Notes under the pieces: model-generated
Databases searched by the model: none
What the model was told of the DNA's origin: nothing
The model's input: the letters and a program-made list of their open reading frames with translations, nothing else
Part shown: positions 1 to 11,047 of the stretch, one piece after another
How positions within the stretch are numbered: position 1 is the first letter of the stretch
How the letters are laid out: each line of letters begins with the position of its first letter
Translations under genes and position numbers: made by a program
NCBI GenBank assembly: GCA_019923605.1
Contig: JAHXGM010000001.1
Coordinates: forward strand, 398 to 64,397
Direction of reading: 5' to 3'
Source: Candidatus Nealsonbacteria bacterium
GTDB taxonomy: Bacteria > Patescibacteriota > Minisyncoccia > Minisyncoccales > CSSED10-335
Length of the DNA: 64,000 nucleotides

Positions 1-5
1 ATTTT

Positions 6-34
6 TTTACAAGACTTTATAAATGTGTTAAGCT
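6..34 (+). promoter_or_regulatory. sigma70-type promoter (near-leaderless) for the site-2 protease gene
   Basis: TTTACA-N17-TAAGCT with TG extended -10; ATG 8 nt after the -10 box. Confidence 0.5.
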
Positions 35-41
35 TATCAAT

Positions 42-701
42 ATGGAAATTATATTTATTATTATTATATTAATATTCTCAATAGTAATTCATGAGGTTTC
101 TCATGGAGCTATGGCGGATTCTTTAGGTGATCCTACAGCCAGATATCAGGGTAGGTTGACATTGAATCCTATGAAGCACTTAGATCCTATGGGGTCGTTT
201 GTTGTGCCAGCCCTTTTATTGATTATGAGGTCGCCGATTCTTTTTGGATGGGCTAAACCCGTTCCGGTGAATCCTTATAATTTCAAGGATCAAAAATATG
301 GACAATTAAAAGTTGCCCTTGCTGGTCCATTGTCAAATTTTTCCATAGCTTTCTTGTTTGGAATAGGTGCCAGGCTTATACCATTAGAACTTGCTGTAAA
401 GCGGGGGATAGTGCAGAATTTTGCGGCTCCAGATGGTTTCTTACCTCAGATATTCTTTTTATTTATAATCATTGTTTTTATAAATACATTATTGGCTGTA
501 TTTAATTTAATACCTATACCACCATTAGATGGTTCACATGTCCTATTTTCTCTCTTCCCGAGAGCCGAATACAAATTCAGGGAAGTAATAGCGAAATCGG
601 GATTTTTATTCATGTCTTTAGTGTTTATAATCATCTTTTTACTATTTCCTTATTTAAGAGAGGGAGTCTTCTTTTTAGCTCGAATATTTCTAGGCGTTTG
701 A
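42..701 (+). CDS. Site-2 protease, peptidase M50 family
   Basis: HEVSH zinc motif, ALAGP and FNLIPIPPLDG motifs, hydrophobic segments. Confidence 0.92.
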   Translation: MEIIFIIIILIFSIVIHEVSHGAMADSLGDPTARYQGRLTLNPMKHLDPMGSFVVPALLLIMRSPILFGWAKPVPVNPYNFKDQKYGQLKVALAGPLSNFSIAFLFGIGARLIPLELAVKRGIVQNFAAPDGFLPQIFFLFIIIVFINTLLAVFNLIPIPPLDGSHVLFSLFPRAEYKFREVIAKSGFLFMSLVFIIIFLLFPYLREGVFFLARIFLGV

Positions 702-709
702 AGAAAGTA

Positions 710-737
710 TTGACTTTTTTCGCTCATCTTGTAATAT
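710..737 (+). promoter_or_regulatory. sigma70-type promoter of the str operon
   Basis: TTGACT-N16-TAATAT, followed by a short AGCGC-ATA-GCGCT leader hairpin. Confidence 0.55.
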
Positions 738-782
738 GTCTTTTGTGAGCGCATAGCGCTTCATTATTTTTATATTAAAATC

Positions 783-1193
783 ATGCCAACCATTAATCAA
801 TTAGTTAGGAAATCAAGAAAAAAGACCAAGAAGCGCAGCAACACGCCTGCTCTTTCTTTTGGTTTTGATAATCTCAAGAATAGATCATCTGAATATCCAT
901 CACCTTTTAAGAGGGGAGTTTGTCTTAAAGTTTTTACAACCACTCCAAAGAAACCTAACTCTGCTTTGAGAAAAGTAGCAAGAGTTCGTTTGAGTAATGG
1001 GATGGAAGTTACTTCATACATTCCAGGTATTGGACACAATCTCCAAGAACATTCAGTTATTGTAATAAGGGGGGGAAGAGTAAAGGATCTTGCCGGAGTA
1101 CGATACCATGTTGTAAGAGGAGTTCTTGATGCAGGTGGTGTTGAAAAAAGAAAGAGAAGCAGAAGTAAATACGGAACAAAGAGACCTAAATAA
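783..1193 (+). CDS. rpsL: 30S ribosomal protein S12
   Basis: MPTINQLVR start, [18 protein letters not shown]. Confidence 0.99.
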   Translation: MPTINQLVRKSRKKTKKRSNTPALSFGFDNLKNRSSEYPSPFKRGVCLKVFTTTPKKPNSALRKVARVRLSNGMEVTSYIPGIGHNLQEHSVIVIRGGRVKDLAGVRYHVVRGVLDAGGVEKRKRSRSKYGTKRPK

Positions 1194-1213
1194 ATTTTTT
1201 AATAATCTTAATA

Positions 1214-1687
1214 ATGGGAAAAATCACCAGAAAAGAAATAGAATCAGATTCTTTATATAACAGTGTATTGGTTTCGAAGTTTATAAATCAAGTTATGAAA
1301 GATGGCAAGAAAACCATAGCCCGAAAGGCAGTCTATGGTGCTTTTGAAATAATGAAATCAAAAAAGAAAGATCCACTTGAAACTTTTGAATTAGCAATTG
1401 AGAATGTTGCTCCTTCCATGGAAGTTAGATCTAAAAGAGTAGGGGGTGCAACTTATCAAGTCCCAGTTCCTGTGAGTAAAGAAAGAAAAGTTAGTCTAGC
1501 AATCAGATGGATCTTAAACGCAGTAAAAGCTAAGAAGAGAAATACACTTGCCGAGAAGATTGCAGAAGAATTATTAAACGCAGCCAACAGCACAGGTTCT
1601 GCTATCAAGAAGACCGAAGACGTACACAGAATGGCCGAGTCTAATAAGGCCTTTGCTCATTTTGCACAACCAAGAAGAACAAGTTAA
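1214..1687 (+). CDS. rpsG: 30S ribosomal protein S7
   Basis: [23 protein letters not shown]; follows rpsL. Confidence 0.99.
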   Translation: MGKITRKEIESDSLYNSVLVSKFINQVMKDGKKTIARKAVYGAFEIMKSKKKDPLETFELAIENVAPSMEVRSKRVGGATYQVPVPVSKERKVSLAIRWILNAVKAKKRNTLAEKIAEELLNAANSTGSAIKKTEDVHRMAESNKAFAHFAQPRRTS

Positions 1688-1697
1688 TTTTATTTTT

Positions 1698-3803
1698 ATG
1701 CCAAGAGATTATCCAATTGAAAAATACAGGAACATAGGAATCATTGCTCACATTGATGCGGGAAAAACTACTTTTTCTGAAAGAGTTCTTTTCTATACTG
1801 GAATTTCACACAAGATTGGAGAGGTTCACGACGGAGGAGCAATTATGGACTGGATGGAACAAGAAAAAGAGAGAGGGATTACTATAACATCAGCTGCCAC
1901 AACCTGTTTTTGGGTACCAACCGATAAGGTAAAAGATAAGGCCCATGAGTATCGTATTAATGTAATTGATACTCCTGGACATATTGATTTCACCGCCGAA
2001 GTTCAAAGATCTTTAAGAGTTTTGGATGGAGCGGTTGTTCTTTTTGATGGAGTCGCTGGAGTAGAGCCACAATCTGAAACTGTTTGGCGTCAAGCTGATA
2101 AATTCATGATTCCACGAATTTGTTTTGTTAATAAGCTTGATAGAGCAGGAGCATCTTTTGAAAGAGTACTAACATCTATACTAGCAAAGCTAACTCCTAA
2201 TGCAGTAGCTATGCAACTGCCTGTTGGATCAGAAAGTGATTTCAGGGGAGTTATTGATTTGGTTGAAATGAAGTATGTTTATTTCGAAGGTGATTTTGGA
2301 CAAGTTATTAAGACTGAAGAAATTCCTGCCGATATGATAGAAGAAGCTCAAAAATGGAGAGCTAAACTTTTAGAGAAAGTTGCAACTGAAGACGAAGGAC
2401 TTTTTGAAAAATATTTAGAAGGAGGAGAGGTATCAGTTGAGGAATTAAAAAGGGTAATAAGGAAAGCAGTATTGGGTTATAAGATCGTACCGGTCTTTTG
2501 TGGAACTGCTTTGAAGAACAAAGGTGTTCAGCTTGTTCTTAATGCAGTTTGTTATTACTTACCAAGTCCATTAGACTTACCTCCAGTTGAAGGAAAAGAT
2601 CCTAAAACTGAAGCACTTATAACAAGAAATCCTAGCGACTTGGATCCTTTTGCTGTTTTGGCTTTTAAGGTTGCTAATGATCCATACGTTGGAACTTTAA
2701 CTTATTTCCGAGTTTATTCCGGATCTCTAACTACTGGATCATATGTTTTAAATACTACCACCGGTGAAAAAGAAAGAATTAGCCGAATGGTTAGAATGCA
2801 TTCCTCTGAAAGAGAAGAAGTGAAGGAAGTTTTTACAGGAGATATTGCCGCTACTGTTGGACTTAAGAATACAACAACTGGTCATACTCTTTGTACTGAA
2901 AACAGTCCTATCATATTAGAAGAAATTTCTTTTCCTGATCCGGTTATCTCTATTAGAATTGAACCTAAAACAAAGTCTGACCAAGAAAAGATGGGCTTTG
3001 CTCTGAAGAAGCTTTCCGATGAGGATCCAACCTTTAAGATTAAATCTGACCAAGAAACCGGAGAAACTGTTATTGCTGGAATGGGAGAATTACACCTTGA
3101 AATATTAGTTGATAGAATGAAAAGAGAGTTTAAGGTAGAGGCTCAGGTTGGCCGACCACAAGTTGCTTACAGAGAAACAATTAAGGCTTCTGCAAGCGCA
3201 GAGAGTAAGTATGTTAAACAAAGTGGAGGTCGTGGACAATATGGACACGTTTGCCTTAGAGTTGAGCCGAAAGAAGATTTAGATGGAATTGAGTTTGTTG
3301 ATGAAATCAAGGGAGGCGCAATTCCAAAAGAATTTATTCCAGCAGTTCAGAAAGGAGTTAGAGAATCAGCTGATAAGGGAGTAGTAGCTGGTTACCCAAT
3401 TTCAAATCTTAAAGTAACTTTATACGATGGATCCTTTCACGATGTTGATTCATCTGAAATAGCCTTTAAGATTGCCGGAGCCATGGCTTTTCAAGATGCT
3501 TGTAAGCAAGCAAAGGCTGTTATTTTAGAACCGGTTATGAAAGTAGAAGTAATTATTCCGGCCGATTTCCTTGGAGATATCATTGGTGACCTTTCCTCAA
3601 GAAGGGGCAAGATTGAAGAAACCGAGGATAACTTGGGAATAAAGATAGTCAAGGCAAAAGTTCCTTTATCCGAGATGTTTGGCTATGTTACATCACTAAG
3701 ATCATTGACCGAAGGAAGAGGTAATTCAACCATGGAATTTGATCATTACAGTGAAGTTCCTTTCAATGTTGCGCAAGAAATAATTGAAGGGAAAAAGAAA
3801 TAA
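1698..3803 (+). CDS. fusA: Elongation factor G
   Basis: [24 protein letters not shown]; ATG at 1698 (MPRDYP) preferred over the ORF-track start at 1653. Confidence 0.99.
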   Translation: MPRDYPIEKYRNIGIIAHIDAGKTTFSERVLFYTGISHKIGEVHDGGAIMDWMEQEKERGITITSAATTCFWVPTDKVKDKAHEYRINVIDTPGHIDFTAEVQRSLRVLDGAVVLFDGVAGVEPQSETVWRQADKFMIPRICFVNKLDRAGASFERVLTSILAKLTPNAVAMQLPVGSESDFRGVIDLVEMKYVYFEGDFGQVIKTEEIPADMIEEAQKWRAKLLEKVATEDEGLFEKYLEGGEVSVEELKRVIRKAVLGYKIVPVFCGTALKNKGVQLVLNAVCYYLPSPLDLPPVEGKDPKTEALITRNPSDLDPFAVLAFKVANDPYVGTLTYFRVYSGSLTTGSYVLNTTTGEKERISRMVRMHSSEREEVKEVFTGDIAATVGLKNTTTGHTLCTENSPIILEEISFPDPVISIRIEPKTKSDQEKMGFALKKLSDEDPTFKIKSDQETGETVIAGMGELHLEILVDRMKREFKVEAQVGRPQVAYRETIKASASAESKYVKQSGGRGQYGHVCLRVEPKEDLDGIEFVDEIKGGAIPKEFIPAVQKGVRESADKGVVAGYPISNLKVTLYDGSFHDVDSSEIAFKIAGAMAFQDACKQAKAVILEPVMKVEVIIPADFLGDIIGDLSSRRGKIEETEDNLGIKIVKAKVPLSEMFGYVTSLRSLTEGRGNSTMEFDHYSEVPFNVAQEIIEGKKK

Positions 3804-3831
3804 TTGACTTTTTGTAAAAAATAAATAGAAT
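3804..3831 (+). promoter_or_regulatory. sigma70-type internal promoter for tuf
   Basis: TTGACT-N16-TAGAAT immediately after the fusA stop. Confidence 0.6.
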
Positions 3832-3917
3832 AGAGAAGAGTATTGGTTCTATAATTAAAAAATAATTGGGCAGAAGAAAAAGATATTATTCTTGCTTCAA
3901 CCCTTATAAATATAAAT

Positions 3918-5117
3918 ATGGCAGAAAAAGCAAAATTTGAAAGAACAAAGCCACACGTTAACGTTGGTACTATTGGTCACGTTGACCATGGTAAGACTAC
4001 ATTGACCGCAGCTATTCTAAAGACCCTAAGTCTTTATGGCTTCGCGTCAGCAGAAAAAAGTGTTGATCAAATCGACGCAGCTCCGGAAGAAAAAGCAAGA
4101 GGACTCACAATTTCTATTTCTCATCTTGAGTACGAATCTGAAAACAGACATTACGCGCACATTGATTGTCCTGGTCACGCTGACTATATTAAGAATATGA
4201 TTACTGGTGCAGCTCAAATGGACGGAGGAATTTTAGTTGTATCTGCAGTTGATGGTCCGATGCCTCAAACAAGAGAACATATTCTTCTTGCTCGTCAAGT
4301 AGGTCTTCCATCACTTGTTGTTTTCATTAACAAAGTAGATATGGTAGATGACCTAGAAATGGTTGATTTAGTAGAAGATGAAATTAGAGAACTTTTAAAG
4401 AAATATGATTACCCAGGAGATGAGATTCCAGTTATCAGAGGATCAGCATTAAAAGCTTTTGAAGCTACTTCAAAAGATGATGAAGCTACAAAGCCTATTA
4501 TGGAATTAGTAAAAGCTCTTGATGAATATTTACCTGAACCGGTAAGAGATATTGAGAAGCCTGCACTTATGGCGATTGAAGATGTTTTCTCAATTGCTGG
4601 CAGAGGGACTGTTGCAACCGGAAGAATTGAGAGAGGTATCATTAATTCTAATGAAGAGATTGAGATTGTTGGCATTAGACCTACTACCAAGACCACTGTT
4701 GTTAGCGTTGAGATGTTTAACAAAATTCTTGACCAAGGAAGAGCTGGAGACAATGTCGGTCTTTTATTAAGAGGTCTTAAAAAAGAAGATCTTGAAAGAG
4801 GTCAAGTTATCTCAAAACCAGGATCAATTACACCACATACTGAATTTGAAGCAGAAATTTATGTTTTAACCAAAGAAGAAGGAGGAAGACATACACCATT
4901 TTTTGCGGGATATAAGCCACAATTTTATTTCCGAACCACCGACGTTACTGCAGAAGTAAATCTTCCAGATGGAAGAGAAATGGTAATGCCTGGAGATACT
5001 GTTAATGTATCAGTTAAATTAATTGCACCAATCGCTTTAGAGGAAAAACAAAGATTTGCCGTAAGAGAGGGTGGAAAAACTGTTGGAGCAGGAGTAGTAA
5101 CTAAAATAATCAAATAG
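3918..5117 (+). CDS. tuf: Elongation factor Tu
   Basis: [37 protein letters not shown]. Confidence 0.99.
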   Translation: MAEKAKFERTKPHVNVGTIGHVDHGKTTLTAAILKTLSLYGFASAEKSVDQIDAAPEEKARGLTISISHLEYESENRHYAHIDCPGHADYIKNMITGAAQMDGGILVVSAVDGPMPQTREHILLARQVGLPSLVVFINKVDMVDDLEMVDLVEDEIRELLKKYDYPGDEIPVIRGSALKAFEATSKDDEATKPIMELVKALDEYLPEPVRDIEKPALMAIEDVFSIAGRGTVATGRIERGIINSNEEIEIVGIRPTTKTTVVSVEMFNKILDQGRAGDNVGLLLRGLKKEDLERGQVISKPGSITPHTEFEAEIYVLTKEEGGRHTPFFAGYKPQFYFRTTDVTAEVNLPDGREMVMPGDTVNVSVKLIAPIALEEKQRFAVREGGKTVGAGVVTKIIK

Positions 5118-5121
5118 TCAG

Positions 5122-5463
5122 ATGGCCGCAAAAGCGAAAGCATCAACAAAAGAGAATACTAAGACAAGAATCCACATTCGCCTTAAAGCCTATGACCATA
5201 AAGTAATTGATAATAGTGCTAGGCAAATTGTAGAAACTGTTTTGCGTTACGGAAGTGAAGTAGTTGGACCGGTTCCATTGCCAACCGATACTAGAAAGTA
5301 TACCGTCAATCGATCTTCTTTTGTTCATAAAGATGCAAGAGAGCAGTTTGAAATCAGAACCCACAAGAGGTTAATAGATATTGTTAACCCTAATCCCAAA
5401 GTGATTGACGCGTTAATGAATTTAACCTTGCCCGCAGGAGTTGATATTGAGATTAAAATGTAA
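5122..5463 (+). CDS. rpsJ: 30S ribosomal protein S10
   Basis: [26 protein letters not shown]. Confidence 0.99.
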   Translation: MAAKAKASTKENTKTRIHIRLKAYDHKVIDNSARQIVETVLRYGSEVVGPVPLPTDTRKYTVNRSSFVHKDAREQFEIRTHKRLIDIVNPNPKVIDALMNLTLPAGVDIEIKM

Positions 5464-5482
5464 TCTTAATATCTTTCGCTCG

Positions 5483-5541
5483 GATAGTCACAAGAAACCA
5501 GGCATTGCGGATTGCTGGGTCATACCCAGCTTTTAGTTATC
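5483..5541 (+). promoter_or_regulatory. Structured cis-RNA between rpsJ and rplC (attenuator-like)
   Basis: GCTGGGT-CAT-ACCCAGC hairpin plus TTTT; competing pairing CCAGGCA/TGCTGG; outer GATAGT/GTTATC stem. Confidence 0.5.
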
Positions 5542-5556
5542 AATCTTTTACCATAT

Positions 5557-6156
5557 ATGAAATTCATTTTAGGAAAAAAATTAGGAATGACACAGGTATT
5601 TACCGAGGATGGCAAATTAACCCCGGTGACTTTAGTTGAGGCTGGACCTTGTAAGGTTCTCCAACTGAAAAATGATGCTAAAGATGGCTACGAAGCGATT
5701 CAGATTGGGTTTGAAGAAATAACTAAAAAGAATCAGATCAAAAAATCAGCCAAAGATAAACATTATAAGCACATTAGAGAGTTTCCGGCTGGAGAAGGAA
5801 AAGAGTATTCCAAAGGAGAAGTTATAGATGTGACTTCGTTTGAAGAGGGAGATGAGATTAGGGTCGTAGGTATTTCCAAGGGTAAAGGATTTCAGGGAGG
5901 AGTAAAGCGTCATGGATTTGCAGGAGCAGGATCTTCTCATGGAATAAAACACAGTAAAAGAAAGATTGGATCAATTGGAAGTGCCTTCCCTCAAAGAGTT
6001 ATTAAAGGTAGAAAAATGCCTGGACGAATGGGAAGTGATAGAATTAATGTAAAAGGTTTAAAGATTATAAAGATTGATTCTGAAAGAAATATTATAGCAA
6101 TAAAAGGTGCTTTACCAGGAAGGCCAGGAACCCTCTTGGAAATTAGTGTTCAATAA
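5557..6156 (+). CDS. rplC: 50S ribosomal protein L3
   Basis: MKFILGKKLGMTQ, SKGKGFQG, KMPGRMG; ATG at 5557. Confidence 0.98.
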   Translation: MKFILGKKLGMTQVFTEDGKLTPVTLVEAGPCKVLQLKNDAKDGYEAIQIGFEEITKKNQIKKSAKDKHYKHIREFPAGEGKEYSKGEVIDVTSFEEGDEIRVVGISKGKGFQGGVKRHGFAGAGSSHGIKHSKRKIGSIGSAFPQRVIKGRKMPGRMGSDRINVKGLKIIKIDSERNIIAIKGALPGRPGTLLEISVQ

Positions 6157-6160
6157 ATCT

Positions 6161-6787
6161 ATGAAAGTAAGCGTTTATAATCAAAAAGGAGAAGAGTTAA
6201 AGAAAATTGATGTTTCCGATGACGTTTTTAATGTAGAACCAAACTTTGATTTACTTCATCAAGTTGTAGTTTCACAAATGTCTAATAGAAGACAGGGGAC
6301 TGCTCACACTAAAGACAGAGGAGATGTCAGCGGAGGAGGTAAAAAACCCTGGAGACAAAAAGGAACTGGCCGCGCAAGACACGGATCAACCAGATCTCCT
6401 ATTTGGAAGGGTGGTGGAGTTACCTTTGGACCAAGAAGTGATAAAAATTACAAGAGAGTGATTCCAAAGTTAATGAAAAGAAAAGCTCTTTTTATGGTAT
6501 TGTCTGCAAAATTGAAAGATAACGAAATGAAAGTATTGGATAAGATTGAGCTAAATAATCATAAGACAAAGGGCGCAATAGAAGTCTTAAATAATTTTCC
6601 AGAAATAATCAAGAAAAACACTTTGTTAATACTTCCAGACACCAACAAGAGCGTACTTCTAGGATTCAGAAATATTCCTAAGATAGAATTGATGCAAGCT
6701 AAAGATCTTAATGCATTAGACCTTTTATCTTTTAAAAATATTATTATTCCGGAGGCAAGTATTAAGGTAATAGAGGATACATTTTAA
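6161..6787 (+). CDS. rplD: 50S ribosomal protein L4
   Basis: KPWRQKGTGRARHG, GGGVTFGP; ATG at 6161. Confidence 0.98.
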   Translation: MKVSVYNQKGEELKKIDVSDDVFNVEPNFDLLHQVVVSQMSNRRQGTAHTKDRGDVSGGGKKPWRQKGTGRARHGSTRSPIWKGGGVTFGPRSDKNYKRVIPKLMKRKALFMVLSAKLKDNEMKVLDKIELNNHKTKGAIEVLNNFPEIIKKNTLLILPDTNKSVLLGFRNIPKIELMQAKDLNALDLLSFKNIIIPEASIKVIEDTF

Positions 6788-6789
6788 TT

Positions 6790-7161
6790 ATGGCTATAAG
6801 TAAAATTTTTAAAAAAACTGAAGAGAAGAAAGAGAAACCTTTAAAGACTGAAAAAAAGGCCACTGCTGTTAAGAGTGAATCAATTGCATGGAGGGTCTTA
6901 GAGGGGCCGTATGTAAGTGAGAAGTCTACTGACCTTATGACTAAAGATAAGTATCTTTTCAAAGTTTCTTCTGTTTCAAACAAGGACGAAGTAAAGAGAG
7001 CTATAGAAGATCTTTACAAAGTAGATGTTATAGCAGTTAATGTTATAAATGTTCCAGGAAAAGCAAAGAGGCTAGGAAAACATAAGGGTAGAAAGAAGGG
7101 ATTCAAGAAAGCAATAATTGAAATTAAGAAAGGTCAACAGATTGATATTATCCCCAATTAA
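6790..7161 (+). CDS. rplW: 50S ribosomal protein L23 with Lys-rich N-terminal extension
   Basis: PYVSEKS, NKDEVKRAIE, FKKAII; operon position. Confidence 0.96.
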   Translation: MAISKIFKKTEEKKEKPLKTEKKATAVKSESIAWRVLEGPYVSEKSTDLMTKDKYLFKVSSVSNKDEVKRAIEDLYKVDVIAVNVINVPGKAKRLGKHKGRKKGFKKAIIEIKKGQQIDIIPN

Positions 7162-7219
7162 TCATCCTTGACTCAAGCCTCCGTTTATGTTTAAATAAAT
7201 GGGTTGATATTCATAGAAA

Positions 7220-8002
7220 ATGTCCAAACAAACACTTACAAAAGAAAGACCAGTAAAGAAATTAGTCGTTAATCTGAAAAGAAGGGCGGGTAGGGGAAGC
7301 TCAGGAAGAATCACTATTCGACACAAAGGGGGTGGAGTGAAGAGGCTTTACCGATTGGTTGATTTTAAGATGAGAAAGATTGATGTTCCAGCTAAGGTTT
7401 TAAGGTTTGAATATGATCCTTACCGAACAGCTTATATCGCATTGATTGAATACCAAGATGGCGAAAAGAGCTACATTTTAGCTCCACAAGGAATGAAGGA
7501 AGGTGATGAAATTATTGTTTCTGAAAAAGCCGAATTGAAAGTAGGGAATAGAATGAAACTTAAAAATGTACCGGTTGGAAGTTCAGTTTTCAATATTGAA
7601 TTAGAACCAGGAAAGGGAGGCCAGCTCATAAAATCAGCAGGAAGTTCATCCAAGGTTTTAGCTCATGATGGAAAATATATACAGATTGAAATGCCCTCTA
7701 AAGAGGTAAGAAAGATTCACAAAGAATGTTATGGTACAATTGGAGCAGTTTCAAATCCAGAACATAAATATAAAAGAATAAAGAATGCCGGTGCCAGTAG
7801 AAGAAAAGGAAAGAGACCTACAGTAAGAGGTTCGGCCATGAATCCAGTAGATCATCCCCATGGAGGAGGAGAAGGAAGAGCACCTATTGGATTAAAGTAT
7901 GCTAAGACTCCCTGGGGTAAGCATGCTAGAGGAGTAAAGACAAGAAAGAGAAAAACAACAAACCATTTAATAATTAAGAGAAGGAAAAAGAAGAAACGAT
8001 AA
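7220..8002 (+). CDS. rplB: 50S ribosomal protein L2 (short N-terminus)
   Basis: [26 protein letters not shown]. Confidence 0.99.
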   Translation: MSKQTLTKERPVKKLVVNLKRRAGRGSSGRITIRHKGGGVKRLYRLVDFKMRKIDVPAKVLRFEYDPYRTAYIALIEYQDGEKSYILAPQGMKEGDEIIVSEKAELKVGNRMKLKNVPVGSSVFNIELEPGKGGQLIKSAGSSSKVLAHDGKYIQIEMPSKEVRKIHKECYGTIGAVSNPEHKYKRIKNAGASRRKGKRPTVRGSAMNPVDHPHGGGEGRAPIGLKYAKTPWGKHARGVKTRKRKTTNHLIIKRRKKKKR

Positions 8003-8006
8003 ACAT

Positions 8007-8291
8007 ATGGCAAGAAGTCTTAAAAAAGGACCCTACATTGACCTTAAGTTAATGGAAAAGGTAAAAAAATTAAAACTAGGTGATGACACTATTGTAAAGA
8101 CTTGGGCAAGAAGCTCAACCATTACTCCGGAAATGATAGGTTTTACCTTTGGTGTTCATAATGGAAAACAACACATACCTGTATTGATTACTGAGGACAT
8201 GGTAGGTCACAAACTTGGAGAATTTTCTCCAACAACCAAATTTGTAAGACACGGAGGAAAGATGCAGAGAGATATAGAGAAGAAGAAATAA
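8007..8291 (+). CDS. rpsS: 30S ribosomal protein S19
   Basis: [20 protein letters not shown]. Confidence 0.99.
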   Translation: MARSLKKGPYIDLKLMEKVKKLKLGDDTIVKTWARSSTITPEMIGFTFGVHNGKQHIPVLITEDMVGHKLGEFSPTTKFVRHGGKMQRDIEKKK

Positions 8292-8306
8292 TATAATTAA
8301 TGAATA

Positions 8307-8816
8307 ATGGAGGTTAAAGCAAAATTAAGACATCTAAGAATAGCCCCTAGAAAGGTTAGATTGGTTGTAGATATGATAAGAGGAGAAAAGGTTTCAGAAG
8401 CTAAGCTGATTTTACGTTTTACCGTCAACAGATCATCTCGACCAGTTCTTAAGCTTTTAAATTCTGCTATTGCCAATGCCAAGAATGACTTTAGTTTAGA
8501 TGAAAGCAACCTATATATTTCAGAAATAAGAGTAGATGAAGGGCCAAAATTAAAAAGATGGATGCCAAGAGCTAGGGGAGTGGCTACTGAAATTCAGAAA
8601 AAGACCTCACATGTGATATTAACGTTAGATGAGATTAATAAGACAAAAAAGGTAGCTAAGAAAAAGAAAGCAGTCGCAAAGCCGGAAGTTTTAAAAGTTG
8701 ATCAAATTAAGGAAAGTGCTCCAGAAAAGAAAAAGACAAGAAAAGATAGTTCACAAAAGATAACTGCTGAAAGAGGAGTATCTTCTAAAAAAATGTTTAG
8801 AAGAAAATCTATATAA
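8307..8816 (+). CDS. rplV: 50S ribosomal protein L22 with Lys-rich C-terminal extension
   Basis: IAPRKVRLV, SAIANA, KRWMPRARG. Confidence 0.98.
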   Translation: MEVKAKLRHLRIAPRKVRLVVDMIRGEKVSEAKLILRFTVNRSSRPVLKLLNSAIANAKNDFSLDESNLYISEIRVDEGPKLKRWMPRARGVATEIQKKTSHVILTLDEINKTKKVAKKKKAVAKPEVLKVDQIKESAPEKKKTRKDSSQKITAERGVSSKKMFRRKSI

Positions 8817-8821
8817 TAATT

Positions 8822-9478
8822 ATGGCGCATAAAGTTCATCCAAAATCATATAGAATAAAAGAAACAAACGACTGGGATTCCAGGGGTTTTTATCAAAAGA
8901 AATCAACTAATTTTCTTAAAGAGGATTATGAAATTAGAGGTTTTTTAGGTAAAAGATTGGAAAGAATGGGAGTTGAAAAGATTGAAATTGAAAGATTTCC
9001 AAGAAAAGTTAATATTATTATATTGAGTTCTAGGCCAGGATTGATCATTGGAAGAGGAGGAGAAGAGATCATCAAGCTTAAAAAAGACATGTTTAGGATG
9101 ATGAACAAGAAATTTGACAAAAAAGTAGCTGAAGAAGAGGTTAATATTGAAATAAAAGAGGTAAGAAATCCTTGGCTTTCAGCCAAGCTTTCTGCTGACT
9201 GGGCCGGTCAACAACTTGTAAGAAGAGTGCCTTATAAAAGAGTTTTAAGACAAATTGTAGAAAAAATAAATACCAATAAAGAAGTTTTAGGAGTTAGGGT
9301 TGAATTTGCTGGAAGGCTTGATGGAGTAGAAATTGCAAGAAGAGAATGGTCTCAGAAAGGCAGACTTCCACGTCAAACTATAAGAGCAGATATTGATTAT
9401 GCTTCAGAAATGGCCAGATGTTCCTATGGAGCCATTGGTATTAAGGTTTGGATATATAAAGGAGAAAAATTTAACTAG
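8822..9478 (+). CDS. rpsC: 30S ribosomal protein S3
   Basis: MAHKVHP, RPGLIIGRGG, GRLDGVEIAR, TIRADIDY. Confidence 0.98.
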   Translation: MAHKVHPKSYRIKETNDWDSRGFYQKKSTNFLKEDYEIRGFLGKRLERMGVEKIEIERFPRKVNIIILSSRPGLIIGRGGEEIIKLKKDMFRMMNKKFDKKVAEEEVNIEIKEVRNPWLSAKLSADWAGQQLVRRVPYKRVLRQIVEKINTNKEVLGVRVEFAGRLDGVEIARREWSQKGRLPRQTIRADIDYASEMARCSYGAIGIKVWIYKGEKFN

Positions 9479-9484
9479 AGATCT

Positions 9485-9895
9485 ATGTCGTTAATGATGC
9501 CCAAAAAAGTAAAACACCGAAAGAGCTTTAAAGCTAAGAGTAAAGGTGTTTCAAGAAAAGGAAATGAACTGAACTTCGGGTCATACGGTTTAAAGAGTAT
9601 GGGCACCAAATGGATTACTTCCAGACAACTTGAAGCTTCCAGAAGAGCAATTGTAAGATACCTAAGAAAAGGAGGAAAGCTTTGGATAAGAGTATTCCCA
9701 GATAGACCGGTTACCGCAAAAGGAAATGAGGTTCCGATGGGAGGAGGGAAAGGATCTGTTGACCATTATATTTTTCCTATTACCCCGGGACGCATTCTTT
9801 TTGAATTAGATGGTATAAAAGAAGAAGATATGAAAGAGGCTTTTAGAAAGGCATCTGATAAACTTCCGATCAAAACCAAAATCGTAAGCAGATAA
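9485..9895 (+). CDS. rplP: 50S ribosomal protein L16
   Basis: WIRVFPD, MGGGKG. Confidence 0.98.
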   Translation: MSLMMPKKVKHRKSFKAKSKGVSRKGNELNFGSYGLKSMGTKWITSRQLEASRRAIVRYLRKGGKLWIRVFPDRPVTAKGNEVPMGGGKGSVDHYIFPITPGRILFELDGIKEEDMKEAFRKASDKLPIKTKIVSR

Positions 9896-9899
9896 CATT

Positions 9900-10085
9900 A
9901 TGAAGATCTTAGAGTTAACAAACAAAACAAGGCTAGAGTTAGAGGCATTGATCGTTAAGAAGCGAGAAGATATTAGAAAATTAAAGTTTAGACTTGATTC
10001 AAAAAAAGTTACTAATGTTAAATTGATGAAGGAGACTAGGAAAGATGTTGCGAGAATCCTAACCATTTTAAAAGATAAAGAATAA
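9900..10085 (+). CDS. rpmC: 50S ribosomal protein L29
   Basis: RKDVARILT; between rplP and rpsQ. Confidence 0.93.
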   Translation: MKILELTNKTRLELEALIVKKREDIRKLKFRLDSKKVTNVKLMKETRKDVARILTILKDKE

Positions 10086-10094
10086 GACAAAAGT

Positions 10095-10331
10095 ATGCCT
10101 AAAAGAAAATTACAAGGTATTGTTATTTCAGATAAGATGGATAAAACCGTTGTGGTTCAGGTTGAGCAATTAAAGAATCATCCGAAGTATAAAAAAAGAT
10201 ATAAAGTTACTCTTAGATATAAAGCTCACGATTCGAACAACGAATACAAAGAGGGAGATAAAGTTTTCATTGAAGAGTGCAGGCCGTTGAGCAAAGATAA
10301 AGTATGGAGAGTAATTGAGAAAATTAATTAA
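10095..10331 (+). CDS. rpsQ: 30S ribosomal protein S17
   Basis: [23 protein letters not shown]. Confidence 0.98.
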   Translation: MPKRKLQGIVISDKMDKTVVVQVEQLKNHPKYKKRYKVTLRYKAHDSNNEYKEGDKVFIEECRPLSKDKVWRVIEKIN

Positions 10332-10335
10332 TAGT

Positions 10336-10707
10336 ATGATTCAACCAGAAACAAAATTAAAAGTCGCTGATAATTCAGGAGCAAAGACAATCCAGTGCTT
10401 TAAGGTATTAGGAGGAAGTAAAAGAAGATATGCCCAAATTGGAGATATCATAGTCGCTGCTGTAAAAGATGCAGAGCCGAGAAAAGGAGTTAAGAAGCAT
10501 GATATTGTTCGAGCAGTTATTGTAAGACAAAAGAAAGCCTTTGCAAGAAAAGATGGCTCATATGTTAAATTTGATGAAAACGTAGCTATAATCTTAGATG
10601 GAAAGACCGTGAACCCCAAAGGGGGAAGACTCTTTGGTCCGATCCCAAGAGAATTAAGAGAGAAAGGTTTTGATAAATTAGCAGGCATGGCCAAGGAGCT
10701 TGTATAA
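10336..10707 (+). CDS. rplN: 50S ribosomal protein L14
   Basis: [16 protein letters not shown]; ATG at 10336. Confidence 0.98.
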   Translation: MIQPETKLKVADNSGAKTIQCFKVLGGSKRRYAQIGDIIVAAVKDAEPRKGVKKHDIVRAVIVRQKKAFARKDGSYVKFDENVAIILDGKTVNPKGGRLFGPIPRELREKGFDKLAGMAKELV

Positions 10708-10737
10708 AACGAAAATATTTGTTAGCATCCCAAATGT

Positions 10738-11043
10738 ATGAAAATCAAAAAAGGAGATACAATTTTATTAATCACTGGAAAAGACAGGGGGAAGAAAGGA
10801 AAGGTCCTTCAAGTTATTCCAACCAAAGACAAGGTTGTAGTTGATAATATCAACTTAAAAAAGAAACATGTTCGACCTAAGAAATCCGGAGAGAAAGGGC
10901 AAGTTGTTGAATTTTCCGCACCAGTAGATATTTCCAATGTTAAGTTAGTTTGTCCCAAGTGTTCTAAGCCTTCAAGAGTAGGCTACATTATAGTAGACGG
11001 CAAAAAAGATAGAGTTTGTAAAAAATGTGAAAAGAAGATATAG
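10738..11043 (+). CDS. rplX: 50S ribosomal protein L24 (CxxC..CxxC form)
   Basis: MKIKKGD, GKDRGKKGKV KOW motif. Confidence 0.97.
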   Translation: MKIKKGDTILLITGKDRGKKGKVLQVIPTKDKVVVDNINLKKKHVRPKKSGEKGQVVEFSAPVDISNVKLVCPKCSKPSRVGYIIVDGKKDRVCKKCEKKI

Positions 11044-11047
11044 ACTT

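Noticed and set aside
1653-1697. ORF-track N-terminal extensions of fusA, rplC, rplD, rplN, rplE, rplF, the deaminase, thyA, trmD and the solenoid gene
   Set aside because: They come from the longest-ORF start choice; downstream ATGs match family N-termini and avoid overlaps
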